A stretch of DNA of 54,584 nucleotides from positions 1 to 54,584 of the IMG/VR virus record IMGVR_UViG_3300007512_002354, one strand, 5' to 3'. Position 1 is the stretch's first letter, and every line of letters begins with the position of its first letter. The position numbers and the translations under genes are program-made. The notes under the pieces are model-generated. The model was not told the origin of the DNA, made no database searches, and was given only the letters and a program-made list of their open reading frames with translations. This document shows positions 1 to 9,365 of the stretch, one piece after another. The stretch is from a virus. Its lineage: Duplodnaviria > Caudoviricetes.

Positions 1-444
1 CTTGAACCTCTCATTCAGAAGTTTATTGACGATAACCCCCTCGCACCTTGTGGTGGATGTAGCTGCAAAAAGGAACGTCACTATGGATGGAAAAGCTGGA
101 AGCCCGGTAAGTGTCTAGCGATACACGTCGATCCCGAGTCAGAGGAAGAGCCTCCTAATAACTACTTCGCATGTTTCTGTGACGGATATAGATCACCACA
201 CCCAAGAGCATCGCAGGTTAAAGAGAAGTTCGGTGGACTACGATTCTATATGACATGCGGTACTGACGAAATCTTTGATCTGATTTCCGAAGCAGAAGCC
301 TTATCTTATAAGACCTGTGAGAATTGTGGTGAACCGGGTGAGGAACGAAGTGGCGGCTGGATACACACTCTTTGCGATACATGCCACAAGAATTGGGATG
401 AGATTCGAGTCCCGCCACCGGTACCAATCAAATATATGGAATAA
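1..444 (+). CDS. Phage-type hypothetical protein, 5'-truncated, with C-terminal Zn-finger-like region
   Basis: Frame is open from base 1; contains QVKEKFGGLRFY followed by CENC...GWIHTLCDTC, a pattern I recognise from phage hypotheticals. Confidence 0.7.
   Translation, partial: LEPLIQKFIDDNPLAPCGGCSCKKERHYGWKSWKPGKCLAIHVDPESEEEPPNNYFACFCDGYRSPHPRASQVKEKFGGLRFYMTCGTDEIFDLISEAEALSYKTCENCGEPGEERSGGWIHTLCDTCHKNWDEIRVPPPVPIKYME
404..426 (+). other. tRNA 3'-end remnant (T-loop to CCA), Leu-like
   Basis: TTCGAGTCCCGCCACCGGTACCA with no matching 5' T-stem strand or 5' half upstream. Confidence 0.55.
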
Positions 445-448
445 AACT

Positions 449-694
449 ATGAAAACTCATGATTACACTATTAATAAATGGGGGCACTCATACCATGTTG
501 TAAATTATGGAGATAAGGGTGCAACCATTAGTCTCGCAGGATGGGGCATTGGAATTAAACCAAATGATTTCATCTTACTCAGAAACGGATCAGATAGTAC
601 TCGCTACAAGATAACTTCAATTGAGTATACCAAAGACCCGGTCGATATGTGGTTTGCAGAAGCTTCATTCTCACCCAGAGAAGTTAAGGAGTAA
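449..694 (+). CDS. Hypothetical protein
   Basis: 3' part of ORF 317..694; ATG at 449 directly follows the previous stop. Confidence 0.6.
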   Translation: MKTHDYTINKWGHSYHVVNYGDKGATISLAGWGIGIKPNDFILLRNGSDSTRYKITSIEYTKDPVDMWFAEASFSPREVKE

Positions 695-1376
695 TTCCTA
701 AAGCTTCATCAACCCAACCGAAAACAGTGGCTTCATTCCAGCCATTTATTCCTTGAGTAAGAACCATATTGTTATCAATAACTACAAGTGTTGGCCAAGC
801 TGTAATTGGGTAACCACTTTGAGCAGAAAGATCTACTACATCTGCTCTGTTTCCCGCTAAAACCGGAGATGTTGTCATGCCGTATGTATTGGCCCAGTCC
901 TGAATTTCACTTAATTCAGGAGCATCTCCCGTTGCGTCTTCAACAAGCACTGTTACCCACATAAAATCATAGCCCCTGGCTACGTAGTCATCTACATGCC
1001 CTTGTACAGCGGGAGCTATATTTTTACAAACAGAACACCACATTGTGGAAAAGTCAATAACCATTACAGTTGGATAATTGTCATACAATGACCAATTATC
1101 ACCATTCTGATCTACAAAAGTAAAATCACAAGGATGATCGCCTGGTATTTGAGAACAATCTGTCCAGGTTACCCAATCGCGAGAAGGCTCCTCCTCTGGT
1201 TCGGGCTCTTCTGGAGAGGTATCTTGGGCACAGGCATCATCATTATCAGTTACAGTATCTTCTGTAACTTCACCTGCAGGCGGTTTATCATCGTTTGATT
1301 CACTACTACTTTCAAGAGAAGGCTGGCAACCAAGAACTACAGTTAATAAACTCAACAAAACTATTTTTTTAATCAT
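684..1376 (-). CDS. Thioredoxin-fold (TlpA/redoxin-like) lipoprotein
   Basis: Signal peptide ending LGC, acidic linker, DFTFVDQNG, DFSTMWCSVC (CxxC), WPTLVVID cis-Pro motif. Confidence 0.8.
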   Translation of the reverse strand: MIKKIVLLSLLTVVLGCQPSLESSSESNDDKPPAGEVTEDTVTDNDDACAQDTSPEEPEPEEEPSRDWVTWTDCSQIPGDHPCDFTFVDQNGDNWSLYDNYPTVMVIDFSTMWCSVCKNIAPAVQGHVDDYVARGYDFMWVTVLVEDATGDAPELSEIQDWANTYGMTTSPVLAGNRADVVDLSAQSGYPITAWPTLVVIDNNMVLTQGINGWNEATVFGWVDEALGITP

Positions 1377-1533
1377 AACATATACCTCCATATCGGTGGT
1401 TATTTACATGATACATGAAAAAACTAGCCTGTGCAACACGAACAGGAGCATAATAGTGTCATCAATTGTTACCGCTGGAATAGTAGTAATAATTGCTTCC
1501 CTTGTTTATAGAATATTAACAGAATAGTAATAT

Positions 1534-1609
1534 GGGCCCATAGCTCAACGGGCAGAGCAAAGGACTTTTAATCCTTAGGTTGTAGGTTCGAGTCCTACTG
1601 GGCTCACCA
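1534..1609 (+). tRNA. tRNA-Lys (anticodon TTT)
   Basis: GGGCCCA/TGGGCTC acceptor stem, AAGGA-CTTTTAA-TCCTT anticodon arm, GGTTCGAGTCC T-arm, encoded CCA. Confidence 0.95.
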
Positions 1610-1624
1610 CTAAAGTGAGACAAT

Positions 1625-1987
1625 ATGTCAAAAAACAAATATACGCCATATGCGGCAAAACCAAAAACTTCAAAACCGTCATCAAAGCTTCTAAATCCAA
1701 AAAGTGGATATAATCCAATATATACTCCACCTGGATCTATTAGTTGGCCCAATGGAATGATTGGTGACTATGATGGAGATATAGATTTCCTAGTAGCAGG
1801 TCCTCCTCTAAAAGATCTACCAGAATTAGGAAAAAACTTTGAGATCATAGAAACAAAAGGTGTATATTACCTTGTAGAGCACAAAGTGCTCTCTATAAGA
1901 AAATGGGTATTAGACACTGCAATTACCTCGGAAGGTATTAAAAACGCCTTCTACGATGCGGATCAATTTTTTGATCCACCAGAATAA
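1625..1987 (+). CDS. Hypothetical protein with N-terminal YTPYAAK motif
   Basis: 120-aa ORF co-oriented with neighbours. Confidence 0.6.
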   Translation: MSKNKYTPYAAKPKTSKPSSKLLNPKSGYNPIYTPPGSISWPNGMIGDYDGDIDFLVAGPPLKDLPELGKNFEIIETKGVYYLVEHKVLSIRKWVLDTAITSEGIKNAFYDADQFFDPPE

Positions 1988-2046
1988 ATATTAAGGAAAT
2001 AAAATGGCTACACTAACAACTCCAAAAACAGAACAAATTAATATCT

Positions 2047-2286
2047 ATGGAGATGCAATCCATCTCACGGGAGCAGCAATTGGCTACCAAGGATAATGAA
2101 GTAATTACTCTTATTAAAGAGTGGAAAAAAGAAGCAAACAATCCTCGAAACGATGGTTGGGTAACAAAACATTATCAAACAAAACTTAAAGAAGTACAAA
2201 AGTATTTAGACAAAGCCTTAACGAAGGCTAATGTAACAGACTATGAAGAAGTTATTGAACTTCATAAAACTTATGGTGGAGACTAA
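2047..2286 (+). CDS. Hypothetical protein
   Basis: 79-aa ORF in co-oriented gene string. Confidence 0.55.
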   Translation: MEMQSISREQQLATKDNEVITLIKEWKKEANNPRNDGWVTKHYQTKLKEVQKYLDKALTKANVTDYEEVIELHKTYGGD

Positions 2287-2340
2287 TTATGGCTTGTGAA
2301 TTTTGTTGTGGATCAGATTTCCAGCTGGATATTTAGATTA

Positions 2341-2390
2341 AAAAATCGAATATAAAAAACCAAATTCTGAAAAAATAATATTGCGGAATT
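2341..2390. repeat. Dispersed ~50-bp intergenic repeat, copy 1
   Basis: AAAAATCG..TATA..AAACCAAA..GAAAAAATAATATTGCGGAATT; similar sequence at 8610..8660. Confidence 0.65.
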
Positions 2391-2394
2391 TCAA

Positions 2395-2829
2395 ATGTCT
2401 AAATCCAAACCACTTTCTATAAAAGAAGGTAGAAAATTTTCATGCACTATGTGTGGTAACTGTTGCTTTGGAAGCGGAGTTGTCCACTTACGTGAAGGTG
2501 AAATTGAAAAGATGGCTCAACATCTAGAAATACCTATAGAAGAATTTGTTAAAAAGTATAATATCAAATATTCTATAGAACTGGATAAAATTGTCATCCT
2601 GATAACTCGCGAACAAGACAGGTGTCCTCTACTTACAGAGGATAACAAATGCAGTGTTCACGCTGTTAAACCAGTCGAATGTATTACCTATCCATTCTGG
2701 TCAGAACTACTTGACGATGAGGAAGAGTGGGAGGCTGCTAAAGCCTTCTGCCCAGGCCTCGATAGTGGTAAAAAATATTCTTACAAAGAAATAATGAAGA
2801 TCAGAAAACAATATGAAAAAGGAAAATAA
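2395..2829 (+). CDS. YkgJ-family (CxxCxxCC) putative Fe-S/Zn cluster protein
   Basis: FSCTMCGNCC ... CPLL ... CSVHAVKPVECITYPFW ... CPG. Confidence 0.85.
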   Translation: MSKSKPLSIKEGRKFSCTMCGNCCFGSGVVHLREGEIEKMAQHLEIPIEEFVKKYNIKYSIELDKIVILITREQDRCPLLTEDNKCSVHAVKPVECITYPFWSELLDDEEEWEAAKAFCPGLDSGKKYSYKEIMKIRKQYEKGK

Positions 2830-2830
2830 A

Positions 2831-3052
2831 ATGGCAAGAGGAATTAATCGAGGTCGCCAACGCAAGGAAGAGCGTCGTCAAAACGCTATACGCATAGCAG
2901 AAGATCGAGCTAAACGTACACCTGAGCAACAACTATCTCTACTGGATCAACGTCTAGGCAAGGGAGAAGGTGCTCAAAAAGAACGTAAAAAACTAAATAC
3001 AGAACTTCAATCAAATCAACCAAAGAAGAAGACATCTAAGAGAACAAAATGA
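2831..3052 (+). CDS. Small basic hypothetical protein
   Basis: RTPEQQLSLLDQRLGKGEGAQKERKKL; likely start at MARG. Confidence 0.6.
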   Translation: MARGINRGRQRKEERRQNAIRIAEDRAKRTPEQQLSLLDQRLGKGEGAQKERKKLNTELQSNQPKKKTSKRTK

Positions 3053-3243
3053 AAATTTTAAAAGACTTCTTAAGTTTTCTTAGGGATCCATCAATTCTTT
3101 ACTTTGCAATGGGAATGAATGTTGCTTTATTTCTTCTATTCTTTATGCTTGGTAGTACAGATATGATGTTTCTAGCATTAGGCTCAGGACTTCTTTGCTA
3201 TCTTAGCGTCATGTTAAATGAAAAAAATGAAGAAGATGAATAA
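3049..3243 (+). CDS. Small membrane protein
   Basis: Two hydrophobic segments; start overlaps the upstream stop. Confidence 0.6.
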   Translation: MKILKDFLSFLRDPSILYFAMGMNVALFLLFFMLGSTDMMFLALGSGLLCYLSVMLNEKNEEDE

Positions 3244-3246
3244 CCT

Positions 3247-3262
3247 GCGGGCTTACGCCCGC
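3247..3262. promoter_or_regulatory. C-TTAC-G hairpin, copy 1
   Basis: GCGGGC-TTAC-GCCCGC, intergenic. Confidence 0.6.
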
Positions 3263-3282
3263 TTCTCTGTGAGGCAAATATT

Positions 3283-3483
3283 ATGCTAGACAATTTTAGT
3301 CATGAAGAACTTAAACTTGAGGCATGTAAATTTGCAGCCCTATTATGGGCGATAGAACAAGTAGTCCTTATGGATGACATAGCTCTATCAGACCTCTCTT
3401 CCATTCTAGGAATGGAAAACGAAGAGGTTGTGGAAATATTTAATATTGCCGTTGAGATATTCAACGAACAGGAAATTGTCTAA
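3283..3483 (+). CDS. Hypothetical protein
   Basis: Acidic 66-aa ORF; stop overlaps next start. Confidence 0.55.
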   Translation: MLDNFSHEELKLEACKFAALLWAIEQVVLMDDIALSDLSSILGMENEEVVEIFNIAVEIFNEQEIV

Positions 3484-3818
3484 TGACAACAAATAAACTT
3501 GAAAGACATGTATGGTGTCCAGGAAATGGGACAAGATATGATCTTTACCATGGGGAAACAAATGACAACCCCTCAAAAATCTTTATCTCTTGGATGAGAC
3601 ATGGTGGAAGCGGAGGATACTCCTTTGCCTTCACTAGAGATACATTTCTTCACTATTCTTATATAATGGAAAAAATGCAATTAAATGAAGCCGACGCCGC
3701 AGGTATTCTTTCATTTATAAGCAAGATCCTTTTTGTAAAAGTTGGAATGCCACCATCCTATAATAAAGATGGAATTTACTCTCCATCAACAAATAGTTGG
3801 AGCGGCAACACTGTATGA
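3483..3818 (+). CDS. Hypothetical protein
   Basis: 111-aa ORF coupled to upstream stop (TAATG). Confidence 0.6.
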   Translation: MTTNKLERHVWCPGNGTRYDLYHGETNDNPSKIFISWMRHGGSGGYSFAFTRDTFLHYSYIMEKMQLNEADAAGILSFISKILFVKVGMPPSYNKDGIYSPSTNSWSGNTV

Positions 3819-3944
3819 TACCCAAAGCTAAACATAAGTTTACATATCTAATAGTAACTTATCCCAACACTACAGCGGCAGTGCTGGGAATACTTTGTGG
3901 AACTCTTCTTTCTTTACTGTCGTACTCGGTGCTATAGTAGATGA

Positions 3945-4511
3945 ATGAGATTAACCCAGTCCATAGCTATATTAATAATTTGCTGTTTTGCTCAAGCAAA
4001 ACCAGCAGAACTACCTACACTTAGCGGATACTGGGTAATTGAACCATCGGTTAGGGTTTGTAAAACTGCTAACATTTCAGAAACAAGAGTTAGGAACGCG
4101 CTCAACTATTGGGAAAGACTAGGCTATAGCTTTGGTGAACTCGTCATGAATGACAAGTCGCCTGCTTGCCTGGGCAAGCCACATATGGGAGATATCACTA
4201 TTGATATTCCTGGCTCTCAATACGACTGGGATAAATTAGGTCTTACATTTAGAGCCACTCATGTCGATACAGGTATGATATTTTACTCAGCCATACAAAT
4301 ACAAACAACCGCTTTCTATAAAGAAAGAGTATTGGAGCATGAAATTGGTCATGCTCTTGGCTGGGATCACTCTCCCCAGAGGTACCATCTCATGTATGAA
4401 GAATGGCTAAATGGTGGATCTTTAAGTAGGGGACTTGAGCAAAAACGATATGCTCAATTAATAGAAATGATACCCCTACCAATATGTAACATCCCAAAGG
4501 AGAAAGAATAA
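3945..4511 (+). CDS. Matrixin-like (metzincin) zinc metalloprotease with signal peptide
   Basis: HEIGHALGWDH (HExxHxxGxxH), Met-turn HLMY, N-terminal signal-like sequence. Confidence 0.85.
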   Translation: MRLTQSIAILIICCFAQAKPAELPTLSGYWVIEPSVRVCKTANISETRVRNALNYWERLGYSFGELVMNDKSPACLGKPHMGDITIDIPGSQYDWDKLGLTFRATHVDTGMIFYSAIQIQTTAFYKERVLEHEIGHALGWDHSPQRYHLMYEEWLNGGSLSRGLEQKRYAQLIEMIPLPICNIPKEKE

Positions 4512-4950
4512 TTCTACACTGTAATCATTGTGGTCATTATGGACCAGAAGAACACTTTGAACTAGATGTCTGGGAATATTTTATCTGTCCACATTGTGGC
4601 GGTGAAGATATTCTCATTTTTCGAGACGAGGAAGACGATGAGACAAACAAGAGAACTACTAAGAGATCTATGCACGTTTAGAGCCCACGAAGCAATGTAT
4701 ATCATTGCAGGTGGTGCCTTTTTCAACGGCGTTGTCTGTGGAGTAGCTATTGGACATTATTTACTATGACCAATCAAGAACTAATCAAAATTATTGCTGA
4801 AGTAAAAGCATATGAAAAAACAATCAAAATCATGAGTGAGTCAATTGATAAAATTGAAGCAAAAATAATTCAAGAAGAAATAAGACCGCGAACTGAACAG
4901 CAAAACGTAGACCCTTTTGGTCTTCCCGAAGACTAAAAATAGAGGTACAA

Positions 4951-5175
4951 ATGAGAATGATTCCCGCACTGTTAACAACAGTGCTATGGATTGGTACTAT
5001 TGACCAAATCCAAGGAGAACTCGCAACAGTTGAAGTCACTGCAAGTGATAACAAAATCAGATATATGGAAATGTCCACTTTGGTATTTCCATGCGAAGTA
5101 AAAGAACAGAGCATGTTTTACTTTATATATTCTGAAGGAGTAACTGAAATTAGATGTGGCGAGCCACCGGAATAA
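4951..5175 (+). CDS. Small hypothetical protein, possible signal peptide
   Basis: GAGG RBS, hydrophobic N-terminus. Confidence 0.55.
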   Translation: MRMIPALLTTVLWIGTIDQIQGELATVEVTASDNKIRYMEMSTLVFPCEVKEQSMFYFIYSEGVTEIRCGEPPE

Positions 5176-5179
5176 ATAA

Positions 5180-5256
5180 GCGCCCGTAGCTCAGCTGGAT
5201 AGAGCATCGGCCTTCTAAGCCGAGGGTCATAGGTTCGAATCCTATCGGGCGTGCCA
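5180..5256 (+). tRNA. tRNA-Arg (anticodon TCT)
   Basis: GCGCCCG/CGGGCGT acceptor stem, TCGGC-CTTCTAA-GCCGA anticodon arm, GGTTCGAATCC T-arm, encoded CCA. Confidence 0.95.
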
Positions 5257-5279
5257 TTTGCTAAAACATAGGAAATATT

Positions 5280-6746
5280 ATGGAAATATCTCTCGTAATA
5301 GAAACAAACAAAGGAAGCGTTAAAGTTTATAGAAACTCTAACGATATAAAAACTCAATACGATTCAGTACTAAATTGTATTCGACAATTAGAATTGATCG
5401 AAAATCAAGACAACGTACCCCAACAAATTGCCAATCTAGACGAAGTCCTTGACCTCTTGGGTCAACTACTACTAGTGGCTGAAGAAGATTTTTAATGACA
5501 AATTATATTGGCTTATGCGAACTTTGTAGTTCGCCGGAACCCTGCAACCAGTGCCTTGGGTTACCCCTCCTGAAAGAGAAAATCAAAACAATTAATTCAG
5601 ATAAAACTAAACATGAAACAGAATGGATAAATATCTCTGACAAGACAAACAAAGCAACTCTTTACAATATGATTAAATCATTAAAAGAGAATAAATAATG
5701 GATGGATATATTATCGAAAGATGTGGTGTCAGCTGGAATAAAAGATTCTGGATTGATATGCCATCAGTAGGCGTTAAAGGCTTTGGCGAAGACAAACGTG
5801 CACGCATCTTTTTTACTAAAAAGGAAGCGGAAGATACACTCAGGGAAATCGATCAAGAATTTGGATGTCACTGTTTTGTGACAAAACTATCTGATCTCTA
5901 TCCATCTTTTACCGAGGGTATGTAATGAACTTAGTTGAACAATATTTATTGGCAGCATTTCTCATCCTCTCAATACCAATAGGTTTTTTACTATATATTC
6001 TTTACAGTATTTCTTCAGTAATATAAAATGTGGTGGAAAATATACAAGTGGGACGGAAGGTACATTCAGGGTGAATATATTAGCAAACACAAAACAAAAG
6101 AAAAAGCTCTAGAAAAAGCTAAGATAGCTACTAATTATTTTTACGATACTTATGAAAAGAATGATAACGAAGAAAGGATATGGCTTGATAATAAAAACCA
6201 TATTCCTGTCGGGATCATTATTCGGAAAACAAATGACATATGAAGACACTGTTAAAAAATGGAACAGCTCTTGTCCAGAATGCAATTCTCCAATTATCTG
6301 GAGTCTTGCCAGCGGCAGACCTGGGGCTGAAGCTTCAGCTATCTGTGCTAACAATATGACTGTATCAATTAATATACCAATCAATCAGCTGCGCAATCAC
6401 GCCTATTGTTTCTGGCGAGGTGCTGCGGTACGACAAAAAGATCAATCAGTAAGAATCAAAAACCTTGATAATTCTTGGTTGAACGAACACTACAGGAAAA
6501 ACAATGTCCAGACATAACGACTTTCTTAGCTACCTATCCAGAACTCCGAAGGAGATCCAAGGAGATAAAGCAATAAAAAATAATAATGAAGCACACCTTA
6601 TGCTTGATAAGCACGATATACCTAGATTCGAAACATATCTTACAGATGAGAACGAATGTAAAATGAAATATTACTCACTTGTAGAAAGAATAGAAATGTA
6701 TGGAAAGTCACGAAACATTCCAAGCTTAACTAGAGGAAATTCCTAA
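5280..6746 (+). other. String of small hypothetical ORFs (5280..5495, 5495..5698, 5698..5925, 6028..6243, ~6233..6517, 6504..6746)
   Basis: Tightly packed co-oriented ORFs, several with stop/start overlaps; no family recognised. Confidence 0.55.
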
Positions 6747-7148
6747 CTTTCTTAAAAGAAGTTCACCTCTTGCTACATCTCTACTTAAGTATATCTTTCG
6801 TAGTTGAGCTATTAAATCAGTTCTAGGTTTTGCTTTACCGTGCACTCCTCCTGCACCCATATGGCAAACTTTACATAGTGTAATACCATTATTTATGTTA
6901 TAAGCATGTTTAGGTACATAGTATTTAGAAACTATATGATGTGCATGCAATCTTTTCTTTGAACCACAAGAAAGACAAACGAACTTATCTCTATTTCGTA
7001 TAGCAATAGACCAACCAGACAAAATAACTCTATCTAAAGTGTTCTTTTTCTGACTGGTTTTAATATGTCGCAAGTTTCTTTTTTTAGACTTACGCTTTTT
7101 AACCTTACGCTTCATTTTCTTAAAGCGTTTCAAATTTTTAACACTCAT
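6726..7148 (-). CDS. HNH endonuclease
   Basis: RDKFVCLSCG...LHAHHI...NNGITLCKVCH; start uncertain (7148 or 7199). Confidence 0.85.
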   Translation of the reverse strand: MSVKNLKRFKKMKRKVKKRKSKKRNLRHIKTSQKKNTLDRVILSGWSIAIRNRDKFVCLSCGSKKRLHAHHIVSKYYVPKHAYNINNGITLCKVCHMGAGGVHGKAKPRTDLIAQLRKIYLSRDVARGELLLRKLGISSS

Positions 7149-7168
7149 AAAATACCAAGGAAATAAAA

Positions 7169-7396
7169 ATGAATTTACTATATGATGCACTAGTTGCACA
7201 CTTTGATGCCCAGAGACGTAGCGCTCTCGCTACCCTCGAACTATATCTTACCAAACCTGTTTCTGTCCACGCCAATGTAGCGGTACAGGAAGCAGTTGAA
7301 CAAGTTAGTCTTCTTGCAGAGTCAGAAGATGCACTTCGCGTACTGTCTTCAATGGTTAAGCCTCCAGAAGAAACACCTGTACCTGAAGAAGGATGA
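7169..7396 (+). CDS. Hypothetical protein
   Basis: 75-aa ORF with AGGA RBS. Confidence 0.6.
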   Translation: MNLLYDALVAHFDAQRRSALATLELYLTKPVSVHANVAVQEAVEQVSLLAESEDALRVLSSMVKPPEETPVPEEG

Positions 7397-7614
7397 AAGA
7401 AATGAATTGGACTGCAATTATTTCAAAACCCCTAGAAGACACAATTGTTGTTGAAGAGTTTCAAGGGCCTCATGGAAGTTCAGCTGCAGAAAAGCATTTC
7501 AAAGACTATCTTGAAAATAGTGAAAATATCCTTCTAGCTATAATTCCAGGCTGCCATGCAAGTGGAGCACATGTTGTGCAAACTTATTATGTTCCTGAAA
7601 AATTGCTTACCTAA
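7393..7614 (+). CDS. Hypothetical protein
   Basis: ATGA overlap upstream and TAATG overlap with thyX. Confidence 0.6.
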   Translation: MKEMNWTAIISKPLEDTIVVEEFQGPHGSSAAEKHFKDYLENSENILLAIIPGCHASGAHVVQTYYVPEKLLT

Positions 7615-8336
7615 TGGAAAAATCAATATATTTATATGGAGACGACATTGGAAGAGTTGATTATGTTGAACATATGGGCACCGACCTCACTATCGTCAAC
7701 AGTGCCCGCGTTAGTTTTGGTAAACATAAAGAAGAAATAGATAAACAAGATGAACGTCTCATTAATTACCTGGTTAAACACAGGCACACTAGTACATTTG
7801 AACACAACGTTGTTACTTTTCGTTTTGTGGTTCCTCTTTTTGTCAGGTCTCAGCATCATCGGCATAGGACTTGGTCATATAATGAAATATCACGGAGATA
7901 TACTAAAGAGAACTTACAGTTTTACGAACCTGAAGAATTCAGAACACAACACGAATCAAATAGACAAGCCTCCAACACAACTGAACTCTGCAACCCGTTA
8001 ATTTCTTACCCAAGAATTAACTATGCAGCGTTACAAGCTTCTGACGCCCTAAAGGAGCACTCTAGGATTAGTAGAGCGCTATACGAAAGGCTGATGGAAG
8101 CTGGCATTTGTAGAGAACAAGCACGAGGAGTTCTTCCTCAAAACATGTATACCGAGTATTATGGTACAGTAAACTTAAATAATCTATTAAAGTTTATTGA
8201 ACTACGTAGTCACCAAGGTGCTCAATGGGAAATACAAAAAGTGGCTGAAGCTTGCTTAGAAATTGCAACTAGCTTATGGCCAATTGCAGTTGATGCTTAT
8301 AAGAGTGCAAGAAATGAGTTACAAACCTCTACCTAA
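7614..8336 (+). CDS. thyX: FAD-dependent thymidylate synthase
   Basis: NSARVSF, HTSTFEH, QHHRHRTWSYNEISRRY, REQARGVLP, LRSHQGAQWEI. Confidence 0.97.
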   Translation: MEKSIYLYGDDIGRVDYVEHMGTDLTIVNSARVSFGKHKEEIDKQDERLINYLVKHRHTSTFEHNVVTFRFVVPLFVRSQHHRHRTWSYNEISRRYTKENLQFYEPEEFRTQHESNRQASNTTELCNPLISYPRINYAALQASDALKEHSRISRALYERLMEAGICREQARGVLPQNMYTEYYGTVNLNNLLKFIELRSHQGAQWEIQKVAEACLEIATSLWPIAVDAYKSARNELQTST

Positions 8337-8607
8337 ATTTCTATACATTGGTAAATCTCCAATAGAGGGCTTCGGGTTATTTACCTCTGAAGATATAAAA
8401 GCGAACACTGTTCTCGGCGTTTCACATGTACAGGATATGAGATTCAGTAATGGATATATAAGAACACCCTTAGGGGGCTTCTACAATCATTCTGATAAAC
8501 CAAACTGTGAAACATATGCTGAGGGTGATTTAATTATGCTAAGAACTATCAAAAATATTTTAGCAAAAGAAGAACTAACTGCCCTTTACACTCTTTATAA
8601 AATATAA
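8314..8607 (+). CDS. SET domain protein
   Basis: KSPIEGFGLF ... FYNHSDKPN ... EELTALY. Confidence 0.85.
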   Translation: MSYKPLPKFLYIGKSPIEGFGLFTSEDIKANTVLGVSHVQDMRFSNGYIRTPLGGFYNHSDKPNCETYAEGDLIMLRTIKNILAKEELTALYTLYKI

Positions 8608-8609
8608 AG

Positions 8610-8660
8610 AAAAATCGCTATAGGGAAACCAAAAATCGGAAAAAATAATATTGCAGAATT
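8610..8660. repeat. Dispersed ~50-bp intergenic repeat, copy 2
   Basis: AAAAATCG.TATA..AAACCAAA..GAAAAAATAATATTGCAGAATT; similar to 2341..2390. Confidence 0.65.
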
Positions 8661-8685
8661 AGGAAATTGATTTTTCCAATTCTTT

Positions 8686-8940
8686 TTGGAATTTCAATTG
8701 AAAAAATTATTTAGGCTCGCAAAACAATCAGTACTTTCTTATATACTATCTAATATTATTACTGGAATAGAGGGAGGAATAGGAATAGTACTACTTCATT
8801 TTGTTTGGGAATATAGTTTCGAAACAAGTATGGCTATAGTAATACCCATCTTATATCCAGTGCTAATTATACAAATGATAATCATTTACTTGGTTTTAAA
8901 TAAACTTGGAACACAATCAAAAGAAATTACTACTGATTAA
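8686..8940 (+). CDS. Small membrane protein
   Basis: Two hydrophobic segments. Confidence 0.5.
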   Translation: MEFQLKKLFRLAKQSVLSYILSNIITGIEGGIGIVLLHFVWEYSFETSMAIVIPILYPVLIIQMIIIYLVLNKLGTQSKEITTD

Positions 8941-9139
8941 AGCTTTGGTATGGCGATTCTTCATAGCTATACCAATGGGCATAATCATAACTTATTTATA
9001 CATCGGAAAACTTTGGGAAACAATTGAGTTCACCATATTGATCAATGTGATCAGTACTATATTTTACTATCTATTTGATCTCTTCTGGTGTAAAATAACA
9101 GGGAAAAGAAATGAAAGAAAAAATACAAAAAACAATTAA
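8906..9139 (+). CDS. Small membrane protein, DUF2061-like
   Basis: KALVWRF plus two TM segments and YYLFD..W. Confidence 0.55.
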   Translation: MEHNQKKLLLIKALVWRFFIAIPMGIIITYLYIGKLWETIEFTILINVISTIFYYLFDLFWCKITGKRNERKNTKNN

Positions 9140-9365
9140 TGAAGACATAAATCCAATGTTAGCTCAGCATCATGGATCGGTTTCTATTGACAAAATAGAA
9201 GTAAAAGAAGCCAGTTACAGGGTATATCTCACATTCGAAGGCTTATGTCAGGGATGTCCATCAGCATTTACTGGCACCCTTAAAATGATTGAGTTCCATC
9301 TAAGAGAGGAGCTAAACCTACCAGGACTTACAGTTATAAATAGTGAAGGTATGCAATGGGAATAA
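9111..9365 (+). CDS. NifU/NfuA-domain Fe-S protein
   Basis: INPMLAQHHGSV ... FEGLCQGCPSAFTGTLK. Confidence 0.9.
   Translation: MKEKIQKTINEDINPMLAQHHGSVSIDKIEVKEASYRVYLTFEGLCQGCPSAFTGTLKMIEFHLREELNLPGLTVINSEGMQWE

Noticed and set aside
218-427. Minus-strand ORF starting MVPVAGLE
   Set aside because: The start is the antisense reading of the tRNA 3' remnant; the rest shadows the + strand gene.
1516-1752. Minus-strand 78-aa ORF
   Set aside because: Antisense shadow of tRNA-Lys and ORF 1625..1987.
5118-5357. Minus-strand 79-aa ORF
   Set aside because: Antisense translation of tRNA-Arg (GTPDRIRTYDPRLRRPMLYPAEL).
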